Below, one piece after another: positions 10,739 through 22,600 of a stretch of 55,645 nt of DNA (within the stretch, counting starts at the first letter, position 1; every line of letters begins with the position of its first letter). The notes under the pieces were generated by a model, which ran no database searches, had not been told where the DNA came from, and saw only the letters and a program-made list of their open reading frames with translations. This DNA is from Promethearchaeota archaeon (lineage in GTDB: Archaea > Asgardarchaeota > Lokiarchaeia > Sigyniarchaeales > SOKP01): NCBI GenBank assembly GCA_019058245.1, contig JAHPZJ010000022.1, forward strand, positions 1-55,645, read 5' to 3'. Position numbers and translations under genes: made by a program.

Positions 10739-12034
10739 TTATTTATTTTTAAGGAAAAACAAAACTAATGGTACTAAATTTCCTTTAAGCGACAGTCTCT
10801 CATTTTTACCTCGATTCACTAAATTAAATGCCAATTGATTAATAGATTTTTCAGTATCATCAAGATTGAATAAGACTCTGAATTTAGGATCATCAGGATT
10901 TGAGATAATTGTTTTCTGCCATTGAAGACCCAAAGCATTGGCTTGAAGTTGCAATCCTGCAAGTGCCATACCTGCTTCAATCTCTGCCCAATATTTCGTA
11001 TTCATAAATGTTTTTCCAATAGTACTATGCATAAAACCTGAGCATGGTTTCTTTCTATCAATACATAATAAAATAGCATAATGAGAAAAATCCACATCAA
11101 ATTGACTTTCTATTTCATCTTTATGAATATCTGATGTATAACATTTAAGAAAATGATCATAAATCTTACGATTATTCACCTTAACCCATCTATTTAATGC
11201 AGAATATCCAACAGGATTATATATATATGATCCTTTTGGTACTTGAATAAGTTCATCCACAATAACTATTGGATAAACTGAATAACCTGCACATCCAGAA
11301 GCATGAACTCTACCATAACCGTTCTTCTCCAAAACATCTCTATTTCCATGAGTAGCATGGTCAGTTTCTCCTTGGCAAGCCCATAATAATTGAGAGATTT
11401 CATGTAAATTTGTATAATTTGGTGGCTTTTTATCCACTTTTTTAAAGATGGCATTGTCTAACGGAATTCCATTATATTGTTTTTTGTAAATTGAACGCTC
11501 TTTATAACATGCTGGTATGTCTAGCAATATTATTCCCTGCATTTCTGTTTTTCGAAGGGGTTCTAAAGTATCTTCTAGTAAAACGTCCCGATCTCTTTCA
11601 CGAACAGCCACAGAATATAGAAAAACATAATCACGATTTAGTATATTATTAATTAGTTTATTATATTTTTTTGGAGATCTAGCACGTTGAGATACTCCAA
11701 GCCCTATGCTTTCCGCTTTTAATGAAAGGTATTGCCAAATAAGTCCCATTTCAATTAACTCCACTAATTCAAGTGGGTCGTTCCAAATCATTTCTGGATA
11801 GAGTTCCATTGAATATTGAGTATTTTCTTTATCTGTAATTAATTTTAGCTCATTATCCTTATACAAATATATTCCTCCAGAATAATTCTCACCTTCGGGC
11901 AGGACAACAAATAAATTTTTTGATGATGCCGCTTGATTGGTTGATCTGCAAATATCTAAAATCTGTGTTAGTGATAGTACTCTACCTTTTCCTGAACAGT
12001 CTTTGCGACTTGACAAGCATCCTTGCAAGCTCAT
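10739..12034 (-). CDS. Divergent nitroreductase-superfamily (SagB/ThcOx-like) protein, probably tandem domains
   Basis: EISQLLWACQG, GRVHASGCAGYSVYP, KGSYIYNP, IEAGMALAGLQLQANALGL; echoed in the N-terminal half by GIYLY and IEMGLIWQYLSLKAESIGL. Confidence 0.65.
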   Translation of the reverse strand: MSLQGCLSSRKDCSGKGRVLSLTQILDICRSTNQAASSKNLFVVLPEGENYSGGIYLYKDNELKLITDKENTQYSMELYPEMIWNDPLELVELIEMGLIWQYLSLKAESIGLGVSQRARSPKKYNKLINNILNRDYVFLYSVAVRERDRDVLLEDTLEPLRKTEMQGIILLDIPACYKERSIYKKQYNGIPLDNAIFKKVDKKPPNYTNLHEISQLLWACQGETDHATHGNRDVLEKNGYGRVHASGCAGYSVYPIVIVDELIQVPKGSYIYNPVGYSALNRWVKVNNRKIYDHFLKCYTSDIHKDEIESQFDVDFSHYAILLCIDRKKPCSGFMHSTIGKTFMNTKYWAEIEAGMALAGLQLQANALGLQWQKTIISNPDDPKFRVLFNLDDTEKSINQLAFNLVNRGKNERLSLKGNLVPLVLFFLKNK

Positions 12035-12265
12035 GTTTATATCATTTCTTTTATTTAATTAGATGAAATCTTAATATTTACTTCAAATAAAATTTATGAT
12101 TTTTAAAATTTAATAAATTTTTCCCTAAATAAAGTAAAAAGTAAAATTTTTTATCTAATCTTACTGTTTAAAATAAGATTAAAAGATCATTAAATTTGAT
12201 CTGAACTATTAAAACTGTGAAATTATTTATTTAACTAAACAAATACGCAATAGAAGGATAATTGT

Positions 12266-13843
12266 ATGCCATGGCTTAATATTGGTGAAATAGTTAATGT
12301 TAATGCTAAAAAATATCCAGATAAATTAGCCCTAAAAGATACAAGAAAACGATTATCATTTAAAGATCTAAATGAAAGAACTAATAGACTTGCTAATGGA
12401 ATTCTTAAGTCTGGTATAAAAAAAGGTGATAAAGTAGCTATTTTATCAAATAATTGCATTGAATTTATGGAACTATTCGTTGCAGCGGCTAAAGGAGGAT
12501 TTATCGTAGTTCCCTTAAATTTTCGATTACATCCTGACGATATAAATTTTATAATTAATAACTCAGATGCGAAATGGTTGTTTGTAGAATCCCGATTCTA
12601 TGCTACTACAAAAAAAATATGGGAAGACGCTAAAGAGTTAGGATTCGAAAATATAGAACGCGTTCTAATTGCCGATAATCCTGCTAAAGGCTGGAAATTC
12701 TATGAAGATCTTGTTGAAATTGGGGAAAATAAATATCCATCAATAAAAGTTGATCCAGAAGACAAATGGATAATACTTTATACTTCTGGAACAACAGGTA
12801 GGCCAAAGGGCGTTATTCGTTCGCATCGTTCTTTTATTGCTTTTTTTTTAATCAATGAAGTAGAATTTTCCTTTACACCTCAAGATTATGGAATGATATT
12901 GATGCCGTTGTCACACATAAACTCTATTTTTCATTCATTTGTCTTCATATATTTAGGAGCTCCTGTTTTTATACATATAGAATATAAATTTGATCCTGAA
13001 GAAGTGTTAAAAATAATACATCAGGAGAAAATAACATTTACTTCGATGATACCTACTCATTTTAATCTAATATTGAGTTTGCCAGAAGAAATTAAACAAA
13101 AATATGACCTTAATAGCATAAAATCGTTATTAACTTCATCCGCGCCAGCAACTAAACAAATGAAATTAAATGTTATGAAACTTTTTAGCAAGGTGCGGCT
13201 TTTTGAGGCATATGGATCAACTGAAGCAGGTTTAGTAACACTTCTAAGACCTGAAGACCAGATGAATAAATTAGGTTCTATTGGTAAAGAATGTATTGGA
13301 AGTGATAATATAAAACTATTAGACAAAGAAGGAAATCCTGTAGCAATTGGAGAAATTGGTGAGCTATTTTCCCGTAGTCCACAAATGTTTAATGAATATT
13401 ACAAGTTGCCTGAAAAAACTAAAGAATCATTTAAAGGAGAATATTTTACTGCAGGTGATATGGCAACAAAAGATGGACAAGGTTTTTACTATTTAGTAGA
13501 TAGAAAAGCTAATATGATAATTAGTGGTGGAGAACATGTTTATCCCTCCGAAGTTGAAAAAGTGATCATTTCGCATCCTTCAGTTAAAGAATGTGCAGTT
13601 ATTGGGTTGAGTGATTACAAATGGGGGGAGTGTGTTACTGGTGTGTGTGTTTTAAACGAGAAAGTTGACTTAGATACCTTTAATAAGGAAATGCACCAAT
13701 ATTGTGAAGATAAATTAACTGGATTTAAGATTCCAAAAAAATTTATATGTGTGGATGCTAAAGAAATTCCTAGAACTAGTTCTGGAAAAATTATTCATCG
13801 AAAATTAAGAGAAAAGTTTGATAAGCAAATAAATGATATATAA
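12266..13843 (+). CDS. Acyl-CoA synthetase (AMP-forming)
   Basis: YTSGTTGRPKG, AYGSTE, TAGD, SGGEHVYP, PRTSSGK. Confidence 0.93.
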   Translation: MPWLNIGEIVNVNAKKYPDKLALKDTRKRLSFKDLNERTNRLANGILKSGIKKGDKVAILSNNCIEFMELFVAAAKGGFIVVPLNFRLHPDDINFIINNSDAKWLFVESRFYATTKKIWEDAKELGFENIERVLIADNPAKGWKFYEDLVEIGENKYPSIKVDPEDKWIILYTSGTTGRPKGVIRSHRSFIAFFLINEVEFSFTPQDYGMILMPLSHINSIFHSFVFIYLGAPVFIHIEYKFDPEEVLKIIHQEKITFTSMIPTHFNLILSLPEEIKQKYDLNSIKSLLTSSAPATKQMKLNVMKLFSKVRLFEAYGSTEAGLVTLLRPEDQMNKLGSIGKECIGSDNIKLLDKEGNPVAIGEIGELFSRSPQMFNEYYKLPEKTKESFKGEYFTAGDMATKDGQGFYYLVDRKANMIISGGEHVYPSEVEKVIISHPSVKECAVIGLSDYKWGECVTGVCVLNEKVDLDTFNKEMHQYCEDKLTGFKIPKKFICVDAKEIPRTSSGKIIHRKLREKFDKQINDI

Positions 13844-13889
13844 AATATCATCAAAATAGCGATTAAAAAATTTAATGGTCTATTAGAAA

Positions 13890-15098
13890 ATGACTTTTAA
13901 AAAAGTATATATCCCTTATGGACAGTATTGGAGCACTCCTTTTTCAAGGTGGCAAATGAGTTTCCAAAATCTTCATGCCATAAGATTTGCGGCAGATATT
14001 TCTAAACGTTTTTTGGATATAAGGGGAATTTCACCTAATATCTTTGATGAACTCATATTTGGTATTACAATTCCCCAACTTTATAGTTTTTATGGAGGAC
14101 CTTGGTTAGCAAGTATGATTGGAATAGAACATGTGACTGGACCTATGATTAGTCAAGCATGTGCCACAGGAACACACGCAATTTCTATTGCTGCTCAAAA
14201 TGTTGAGACGGGAATAAATAAAAATGTACTTGTAATAACCGCAGATCGATGTTCAAATGGACCTCACTTAGTCTATCCCAATCCTCAAGCTCCTGGAAGC
14301 ACATTGGAAGCAGAAAATTGGGTTTGGGACAACTTTGGAAGGGATCCTTTTGCTGAAAACTCAATGATTCAAACAGCTGAAAATGTAGCTAAAGAAGCGA
14401 ATATTTCCAGAAAGGACCAAGACAAAATTACACTTATGCGATATAATCAATATCAGAATTCTTTAAAGAATAATAGTGCATTTCAAAAGAGATATATGAT
14501 AGAACCAATTAAAGTTAAAGATCATAAGGGTCAAAAAGTAATTTCAGTTGTAGAAGGAGATGAAGGTATATATCCTACTACAATGGAGGGTCTATCGAAG
14601 CTTAAACCTGTTCTTTCAGGAGGTACAGTTACTTATGGAACTCAAACTCATCCAGCAGATGGAAATTGTGGAATAATTATTACAACAAAAGAAAAGGCAA
14701 ATCAATTAAGAAAACGAGAAGATATTGAGATAAGAATCATATCTTATGGAGAATATAAGACTAAAAAAGGATATATGGCAATGGCCATAGTTCCAGCAGC
14801 AAATAAAGCTCTAAAAAGAGGAGATATTTCTATACAAGATGTATCTGTAATTAAAACTCATAATCCTTTTGCAGTTAATGATATTTATTTCTGTATGGAA
14901 ATGGATATTGATTGGAAGGATATGAATAACTATGGTAGTTCACTCATATATGGACATCCTCAAGCGCCCACAATGATGCGGATAATTATAGAATTGATTG
15001 AAGAATTGGTAGAAAAAGGGGGAGGATTCGGTCTTGCTGATGGCTGTGCGGCTGGAGATACAGGAGCCGCTCTCCTGATAGAAGTAAAAGTAGATTAA
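13890..15098 (+). CDS. Thiolase family protein (HNPF variant)
   Basis: QACATG active-site Cys, HPADG, KTHNPFA in place of NEAF, YGHP, CAAGDTG. Confidence 0.88.
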   Translation: MTFKKVYIPYGQYWSTPFSRWQMSFQNLHAIRFAADISKRFLDIRGISPNIFDELIFGITIPQLYSFYGGPWLASMIGIEHVTGPMISQACATGTHAISIAAQNVETGINKNVLVITADRCSNGPHLVYPNPQAPGSTLEAENWVWDNFGRDPFAENSMIQTAENVAKEANISRKDQDKITLMRYNQYQNSLKNNSAFQKRYMIEPIKVKDHKGQKVISVVEGDEGIYPTTMEGLSKLKPVLSGGTVTYGTQTHPADGNCGIIITTKEKANQLRKREDIEIRIISYGEYKTKKGYMAMAIVPAANKALKRGDISIQDVSVIKTHNPFAVNDIYFCMEMDIDWKDMNNYGSSLIYGHPQAPTMMRIIIELIEELVEKGGGFGLADGCAAGDTGAALLIEVKVD

Positions 15099-15159
15099 TT
15101 TATTATTTTAAAATTTATTTTTTCAAATTTAAAAGAAATTAATTATAAGGGCATGATTA

Positions 15160-16386
15160 ATGCTTAGAAAAAAAATACAAGCATCAAAAAAATTAACCCA
15201 AGTAATGTCTGATTATTATCATGAATTAGACCATGCTTCCAATAGTAGTGAAAAGAAAGTTGCTTGGTGTTCTAGTGTAGGTCCTGCTGAAATTTTAAGG
15301 AGTTTAGATTTTAAAGTCTTTTTTCCAGAAAACCATAGTGCTATGTTAGGTTCTTCCAGAATGGCTACAGAATTAATTCCCTATGCTAATGCAATAGGAT
15401 ATTCTCCAGAAATATGTTCTTACCTTACTGCAGATATTGGGGCATACTTAAAAAAAGTGACTCCCCTAACAAAAGCATACCCCGATATTAAAAGTATTCC
15501 AAAACCAGATGTGCTTGTGTTTAACACCAATCAATGTAGAGAAGTTCAAGATTGGTTTGATTGGTATGCTAATGAATATAACGTTCCTGTAGTTGGTATT
15601 TCTACGCCTAGGACTATTGGTGAAGTTACCAAAGAACATATTACATTTATATCACAACAGATGGAAAATCTTGTTGAGGTGTTAGAGAAAATTTCTAAAA
15701 TTTCATTTGATATAAAAAAACTTAAAGCTGTATTATCACTTTCGCGGGAATGCTCTGAACTTTGGAAAAAAGTGTTAAATACAGCAACTAACAAACCTTC
15801 ACCCTTAACATTTTTTGATGGAACTATTCATATGGGACCTGCTGTAGTTTTAAGAGGAACAAATCAAGCAGTAGATTATTATAAGACTTTATTAGCAGAA
15901 TTAAAAGACCGAGTTAAAAATCACATTGGAGCTGTAGAGAATGAGAAATTTAGACTTTATTGGGAAGGTATGCCTATTTGGGGAAGATTAAGACATTATT
16001 CAGAATTATTTGCATCTTTAAATGCATGTGTAGTAGCCTCAACATATTGTAATAGTTGGATTTTTTCCGCTTTTGATGAAACTAATCCATTTAACAGTAT
16101 GGCAAAAGCTTATACTAAATTGTTTATTGTTCGTTCAGATGAATATAAAGAAAAATATCTTAGAAAAATGGCTGAATTTTTTAGTATAGATGGGATCATA
16201 TTTCATGATGCTAAAACTTGCCCTCATAATACAAATAGTAGATATGGTATGCCCCAAAGACTCGAACAAGTTATTGGAATTCCCAATTTGATTATAAATG
16301 GAGATTTGAATGACTTGAGATGTCTTTCCGATGAACAATCAAGAACAAGTATAGAAGCTTTTATTGAACAATTAGAACAGAGTTAA
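15160..16386 (+). CDS. 2-hydroxyacyl-CoA dehydratase / benzoyl-CoA reductase family subunit
   Basis: GPAEIL, FPENH, GYSPEICSY, NTNQC, RLYWEGMP, IDGIIFH..KTC, IEAFIE. Confidence 0.88.
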   Translation: MLRKKIQASKKLTQVMSDYYHELDHASNSSEKKVAWCSSVGPAEILRSLDFKVFFPENHSAMLGSSRMATELIPYANAIGYSPEICSYLTADIGAYLKKVTPLTKAYPDIKSIPKPDVLVFNTNQCREVQDWFDWYANEYNVPVVGISTPRTIGEVTKEHITFISQQMENLVEVLEKISKISFDIKKLKAVLSLSRECSELWKKVLNTATNKPSPLTFFDGTIHMGPAVVLRGTNQAVDYYKTLLAELKDRVKNHIGAVENEKFRLYWEGMPIWGRLRHYSELFASLNACVVASTYCNSWIFSAFDETNPFNSMAKAYTKLFIVRSDEYKEKYLRKMAEFFSIDGIIFHDAKTCPHNTNSRYGMPQRLEQVIGIPNLIINGDLNDLRCLSDEQSRTSIEAFIEQLEQS

Positions 16387-16468
16387 ATGAGAATTAATCA
16401 ATATTAATATTATAATAATTTTAAGTAATCAAAAATATAATAATTTGAATAAAAGAGTGGTTAAAAAT

Positions 16469-16939
16469 ATGGTTGATAAGATAAACGCAATTGAGATAAA
16501 GAATTATATTGGGAAGGAGTTTCATACAAAATGGTATCAAGTTACTCAAAAAGCAATAAATATATTTGCGGATCTAACTCGTGATCATCAGTTTATTCAC
16601 ATCAATCCTGAATTAGCAAAAAATTCAATGTATGGGCAAACAGTTGCTCATGGTTTTTTTGTTTTATCTATGCTGGGTTTCTTTACATTACAAGATGGAA
16701 AGCAAGAATCAATGCAATTTTATGTAAAAGATGCCAAATCAATAATTAATTATGGATTTGATAAAATAAGATTTATCTCCCCTGTTCCGGTTGGCTCATA
16801 TATTAGAGATGTAACCCAAATTTCTAAAGTTGAATTAGTTAAAAGAGGAATGAAATTTACTTCTCACCATGTAATTGAAATTAGAGGTCAAACCAAGCCT
16901 GCGGTTATTGCAGATTGGATTAATTTACTTATTTTATAA
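16469..16939 (+). CDS. MaoC/NodN-like acyl dehydratase
   Basis: FADLTRDHQFIH, AHG, NYGFDKIRF; start at ATG 16469 or TTG 16445. Confidence 0.88.
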   Translation: MVDKINAIEIKNYIGKEFHTKWYQVTQKAINIFADLTRDHQFIHINPELAKNSMYGQTVAHGFFVLSMLGFFTLQDGKQESMQFYVKDAKSIINYGFDKIRFISPVPVGSYIRDVTQISKVELVKRGMKFTSHHVIEIRGQTKPAVIADWINLLIL

Positions 16940-17140
16940 ATAAAATTCATAATGAAATTATATTCTATAATAGAAATTTTATTTTTGAATAACTTGTTTT
17001 CTGATTTTAATATTATTGATGAAAAACTATAAAATACTATATATTAGAATTAAAAAATAAAAGATTGTTTGATATGATAAAAATTCACTTCACTATTGAT
17101 TTAATACAAAAAATTTAAAATTTTACGTATTGAAATAATT

Positions 17141-18076
17141 ATGGCACAGAATTTTAAATTTGGAATCATTGGAGTAGGACCATCAGGAGGGATTTTAGCC
17201 GCTCATTTAGTAAAGGCTGGCTATGAGGTTGTTCTTGTTGATATTAATAAAAACCATATGAATGCTATAAAAAATTATGGATTGAAAATTAGATATCTTA
17301 AACAATTTATGGTCACCTTTCCAAAAGAAAATATATTAAATTCCGTAAATGATCTTCAAAATAAAGATGTAAATGTTTTGTTTATTGCGGTAAAAGCACC
17401 GTATCTTAAAATAATTTTGCCTCAGGTTACAAAAGTTGTGAAATCAAAAACAATCTTAGTTAGTTTGCAAAATGGATTTGACACAGAAGAAATAATTGCA
17501 GAATTTGTTGGAGAAGAAAATTCTTTGCGTATGATTGTTAATTTTGGTGGTTATATTATAGACAATGGAGTAATAAGAATGTCATATTTTAATCCTCCAA
17601 ATTATTTGGGAGTATTAACTAAAAAAGCTGAAGAAAAAGCAAAAAAAATAGCAGAAATAATTAATTCCTCAGGATTAGAAACGATTTTCACTAAAGACAT
17701 CAAAAAAGAAGTATGGATAAAATGTATTCTTAATACAGTTGCCCCTCTTTGTGTATTAACCCATACTACAATGAAGGAGATAATGGATTTTAGTGGAACG
17801 AGAGAAATTAGTAGAAAATTATTGCGTGAAGGAGTAGAGGTTGCAAAAGCGTATGGTATATCTTTAGAACCAGATTTTATAGATAAAGGCATAGACTATT
17901 TGGAACATTTAGGACATCATAGAGTTTCAATGGCGCAAGATATCTATAACGGAAAACCATCCGAAATCGATTTTCTCAATGGAAAACTTGTAGAATATGG
18001 GAGGATCAAAGGTATAGAAACAATTTATAATAAATTATTTGTTTCTTTAATAAAAGTATGTGAATTTGCTCCTTAA
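17141..18076 (+). CDS. panE: Ketopantoate reductase (PanE/ApbA family)
   Basis: GVGPSG, AVKA, SLQNG, WIKCILN, SMAQD, SEIDFLNG. Confidence 0.85.
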   Translation: MAQNFKFGIIGVGPSGGILAAHLVKAGYEVVLVDINKNHMNAIKNYGLKIRYLKQFMVTFPKENILNSVNDLQNKDVNVLFIAVKAPYLKIILPQVTKVVKSKTILVSLQNGFDTEEIIAEFVGEENSLRMIVNFGGYIIDNGVIRMSYFNPPNYLGVLTKKAEEKAKKIAEIINSSGLETIFTKDIKKEVWIKCILNTVAPLCVLTHTTMKEIMDFSGTREISRKLLREGVEVAKAYGISLEPDFIDKGIDYLEHLGHHRVSMAQDIYNGKPSEIDFLNGKLVEYGRIKGIETIYNKLFVSLIKVCEFAP

Positions 18077-18112
18077 TGTCCTCCTTAATTATAATTTATT
18101 TACTATAAAATT

Positions 18113-18907
18113 ATGACTAATAAAATCTTTGTTATAGGTATTGATGTAGGAACTTCATATATAAAATCAGTAATCATAAATAATAATAAAGAATTAATAA
18201 GCTCATTTATTAAGCGTACAGGTACTTCAATTGAGATTTCAAGTAAAACTGCTCTTGAAGAAGTAATTAATAAAGGATCATTGAAAAAATCCTCAATAAA
18301 GCACATCGTGGCAACTGGTTATGGAAAAAATAAAGTTACTTTTGCTGATAGTTATAAAACTGAAATTAGCTGTCATGCAAAAGGAGCTTATTACTATTTT
18401 CCAAAAAAAAATACTATTATCGATATTGGAGGACAAGATACTAAAGTTATCAAGCTTGATAAGGAGGGTAAAATACTTCGCTTCAAAATGAATAGAAAAT
18501 GTGCTGCAGGCACAGGAGCGTTCATTGAAGAGATTGCATATCGTTTAGATATTCCTCTTAATGAATTAAATACATTAGCATTAAAATCTACATCAAATAC
18601 ACCCCTTGCAAGTTTTTGTACAGTTTTTGCTAAAACAGAAATTTTAACCCGTATTAAAGAGGGTGAAAAGGTGGAAGACATGATAAAAAGTGCTTTTGGC
18701 TCAGTAATAAAAAGAATAATTGAAATGACCAAAATAGAGGATTCAGTTGTTCTTACTGGTGGATTAATTGCTCATAATAGTATTATTGGAGATATTTTGA
18801 AAAAAGAATTAAATACTGATATTTTAATTCCTCCTCATCCACAGTTAATAGGAGCTTTTGGAGCAGCACTATTTGCCCTAGAAAAATATGAAGTAAAATC
18901 ACAGTAA
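18113..18907 (+). CDS. 2-hydroxyacyl-CoA dehydratase activator (HgdC/BadFG ASKHA ATPase, [4Fe-4S])
   Basis: GIDVGT, ATGYG, EISCHA, DIGGQDTK, MNRKCAAGTG, CTVFA. Confidence 0.93.
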   Translation: MTNKIFVIGIDVGTSYIKSVIINNNKELISSFIKRTGTSIEISSKTALEEVINKGSLKKSSIKHIVATGYGKNKVTFADSYKTEISCHAKGAYYYFPKKNTIIDIGGQDTKVIKLDKEGKILRFKMNRKCAAGTGAFIEEIAYRLDIPLNELNTLALKSTSNTPLASFCTVFAKTEILTRIKEGEKVEDMIKSAFGSVIKRIIEMTKIEDSVVLTGGLIAHNSIIGDILKKELNTDILIPPHPQLIGAFGAALFALEKYEVKSQ

Positions 18908-18951
18908 TAAATTATAAAAAAATAAAGAATTTTTGAATTCTTTGAGGTTTT

Positions 18952-19482
18952 TTAGCTTAACAATTTTCCTAAATCTTTTCTAGCTTTTTTAGTTTCATCA
19001 TTTGTGATTAAAAATCCAATAAAATAAGCAAGTAAAACAAGTAAAAAGTAGATTAATGCAGTTAAATAAAACCACCGTCCTAAATGCCCCATTACATCCA
19101 TTATTATCCATTTAAGTAACCATGTAGAAGCACCTCCGAAAATAACAAAAATAATATCAAACAAGGAGTTAATCAATGAATCCTTCCTATTTTCATATTT
19201 TAAGCCCAATTTCCATAAAATTGTATTTTCTATTAATTCCCAGCAAACAGCAACAATTAACACAAAAATAATGATATAATACCATGGCATTGTTGCAGGA
19301 CCGATAAGCCACTCCCAGATTGTGATTATTAATGAAAAAATCGAAAATGCGGCGATTCCAAAGGCAATATGACCCCAACTATAATAATCCCAAGGTGAAC
19401 GACCTACATAATCCTCAAGAAGACCAACAAAAGGAACATAATGCTTTTCTCCAGATTCTTCACTTGACATTTTAAATCTCAC
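18952..19482 (-). CDS. Hypothetical membrane protein (H..WE..E..D motif, VanZ/DUF2238-like)
   Basis: SWGHIAFG, WELIEN and DSLINSLFDII within 4 hydrophobic segments. Confidence 0.65.
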   Translation of the reverse strand: MRFKMSSEESGEKHYVPFVGLLEDYVGRSPWDYYSWGHIAFGIAAFSIFSLIITIWEWLIGPATMPWYYIIIFVLIVAVCWELIENTILWKLGLKYENRKDSLINSLFDIIFVIFGGASTWLLKWIIMDVMGHLGRWFYLTALIYFLLVLLAYFIGFLITNDETKKARKDLGKLLS

Positions 19483-19679
19483 ATCACATTTCTAATTTTT
19501 TTTTGAACAAATTACTTAATAATACAAGAGTACAACTATTTTATAAATTTTAGTAACAAAACTTTGTTCCTTTTATTTGACAAATTAATGAAGAATCTGG
19601 AACTCAAATTTATATACTTTAAATTACCTTTGTAGGTTACAGATCATTTTATAGATCTTTTTAAATAAAAAAATAAAGG

Positions 19680-22600
19680 TTGAATATGACGAAATCGACT
19701 TTACATAAAAAAAAAATAATTTCTTTAGCAGTAGTCCTAACTTTGCTTATACTCGGTATTTTTAACTTGAATTCTGTATCAGCAATTTCTTGGCCTGGGG
19801 ATGGTGCAGTCTTTATCCCTGATGATGATCATCCTACCCAATATGGTGTTTACATTCCAGAACCAGATACGTATAGTACAATGTTAATTGATGCATCAAA
19901 TCAAGGTAATTACACAATAATGGATTGGTTTGGGACAGAATGGCATAATGAACTAGTAGATTATCCAGGACAAGATATTTCCGAAGTATATCCTTGGTAT
20001 TTCGATACATATTTAAAAGATACTACATCAAATAACAATTTTACTAATCCTTGGTTAATTGATTGGATAAATGTTACAATGATGAATCCTTACGATATTG
20101 AACTTTCAAATTATACAATTAATTCTATCTTCAATTATCATGTATTAACCGAAAATAATAAGTTGACCATGCCATTAAACAGCTCAATTCCAATACAAAT
20201 AGATCTTATGATATCTAGTGTTGGTCCAAAAATGCTAAAAATTGATTGGTTAAATCCGGATCTTCCTACTACTACTTTTCCCGATCCATTAGGAGGAATG
20301 TGGAATTTAATATCCCCTTCAGGTAAACTAGTAAGTGGAGCATTTTACACGGCGATGAATTGGAGGGCTTTATTTGCTGGTAATAAGGAACTTTATAATG
20401 CTATCCCTTTTGTAGCTCATGAAAAAGGAACTTATCGCTTATTAATGTTACCAAGTGATGATAAACCCACTCAGTTATCTTTAGAGTTTATGGATACTTC
20501 TGTATCAACATTAAAATCAGATTCATTAGAAATTGTAACTAATGCTGATGAGTTGCCTACTGTAGTAGAAGCAATGGATATAAAAGCTCAGCATAAATGG
20601 TATAGGATTAATGGGGAAAAAGGAGATTTATACAGATTAGATCTTGGATTGGATTATGAAAGTGTAGCTACTCAACGAATTGATTCTTGGGTACCATGTG
20701 GAAATGGATATATTAGGAATCAGTTAACTCCAGGTGTTTATGATATATATTTTCCAACAAAAGGAACAGCCTATATTTCGTTTATAGATACCCTTTATGG
20801 TGATACATATAGTTATTCATTATATCTAGAGAAATTTAAAACTTTAAACTATACTGTTGGACATGATTTATATACTATACATCTCTCTAGAGATCAGAGA
20901 AAAGCTATTGAATTTAAAGTTGAACAAGATTCTTTTGTACGGTTTAATTATACGCTATTTGAACAACCTGAAGGAAATCCAACAATATATTCATTAGATG
21001 GCACACAATATGGATTTATCTTTGAAGATGCAAAAAAGATACGGTGTTATGAAGATATAGGACCACTTGATAGTAAGGTTGTGGGTAATGAAACTTTCTA
21101 CTATTATTATATGCCCGCTGGAACATACAAGGCTTTGCTTAAAAACAACGATGTACAATCTGAAGGAGTAATTCAGATAAGTTCACAATATGTTAACCTT
21201 CTTAATGGTTCAATTCCGATTACTTCGCTATCTTATCCAGAACTCTATCTCTCACAATTTTCAACAATAGACTTCGAACCAGATGACTATTATCCTGGTA
21301 TTCATAAGGCTCAATATGTTAATATAGATATTACAGAACCAGGGCAATATTTCCTGAATGCTACAATTTATGCTTCAGATAATATTGGAGCTCTACCATT
21401 AGAAGCAAATCCACTTAAAGTTGTTACTTGGAATTCCAGTGCAAATACATATATTGATGTTACAGATTTAGCTTTAGATCCTTCAAGGAATTTCTCTGCA
21501 TTCTCAACAGACGATCCTCTTGATACATATGAAGATAGAGTCTATATTGCATATACTTCTAAATGGCATGATATGCATTTCAATTTTTCTACTCCAGGAT
21601 CCTCCTCAGGTACACCTGATATAGATGCTTTCTTTTGGAATGGTGCAACTTGGGCAGAAAACAGTATTACAATACCTAACAATGATGGTACCGCTGCTTT
21701 TACCCAAAATGGTACAATAGTAATCCCTAGTCTGACTGCTACTTATTTTAACAATTGGATTATGGGTGCTGATTTTGACTTACCAAATATCGATGAAGAT
21801 CAATATTATTGGTTAGCGATTGATCATGATACTGCTCCTACGGACAGTTATGATTTACAACTTCCTTATATTCAAACAATAACTTTGTCAAATATTACTA
21901 TGGAAGGAGATATAAATCTTGCTCTTATCGGTGAGAGTGGCTATACATATTGCAATTTCTGGGAACCTGGGATTGATACAACATTGGATGATCTATTAAT
22001 TAATCAAGAGGTTGGAAATGAAAATGATTCAGCATCAACTCTTTTATTCGAAGATTCACCACCATTTATGAAGGGGATTGAACCTGGACACTATAAATTA
22101 CTTATTATTCCATACGGATGGGGTTATCAAGGACAACTTCATATTGATTTTGGTATTGGGAACTTTTATTCTTATAGACAAGAGCGGATGTATAACATAA
22201 CAGAGGAACCAAATCTTTATCCATATCAAATAAACAATTATACTGATGGCTGGTATGGCCCAAATAATATCACAACGTTTAGTTATGGATTAACTACAAC
22301 CTATAATGATACTGAAGCATCTCTAGGTGGAATGGGTAGTTATTTTGTACTAGACTGCTATGGTGATCCCTATATGTGGACGCAATTAGTTCTTTCAACT
22401 AATAATGTTTCTGATTATAACCTCTACTTGATGCAAGATCTTCCTTGGATTACTAATAATGGACCGAATATGGAAGTTGCGACAATTTATGATTCAGGGA
22501 GCGCTCCACTAAATACTACCTATGAATTTGGAGTACTTACAGGCCATTTCTATTTGATATTTGTAGTTACAGCAGCTACTGATTCGGTGACTTTCAGAAT

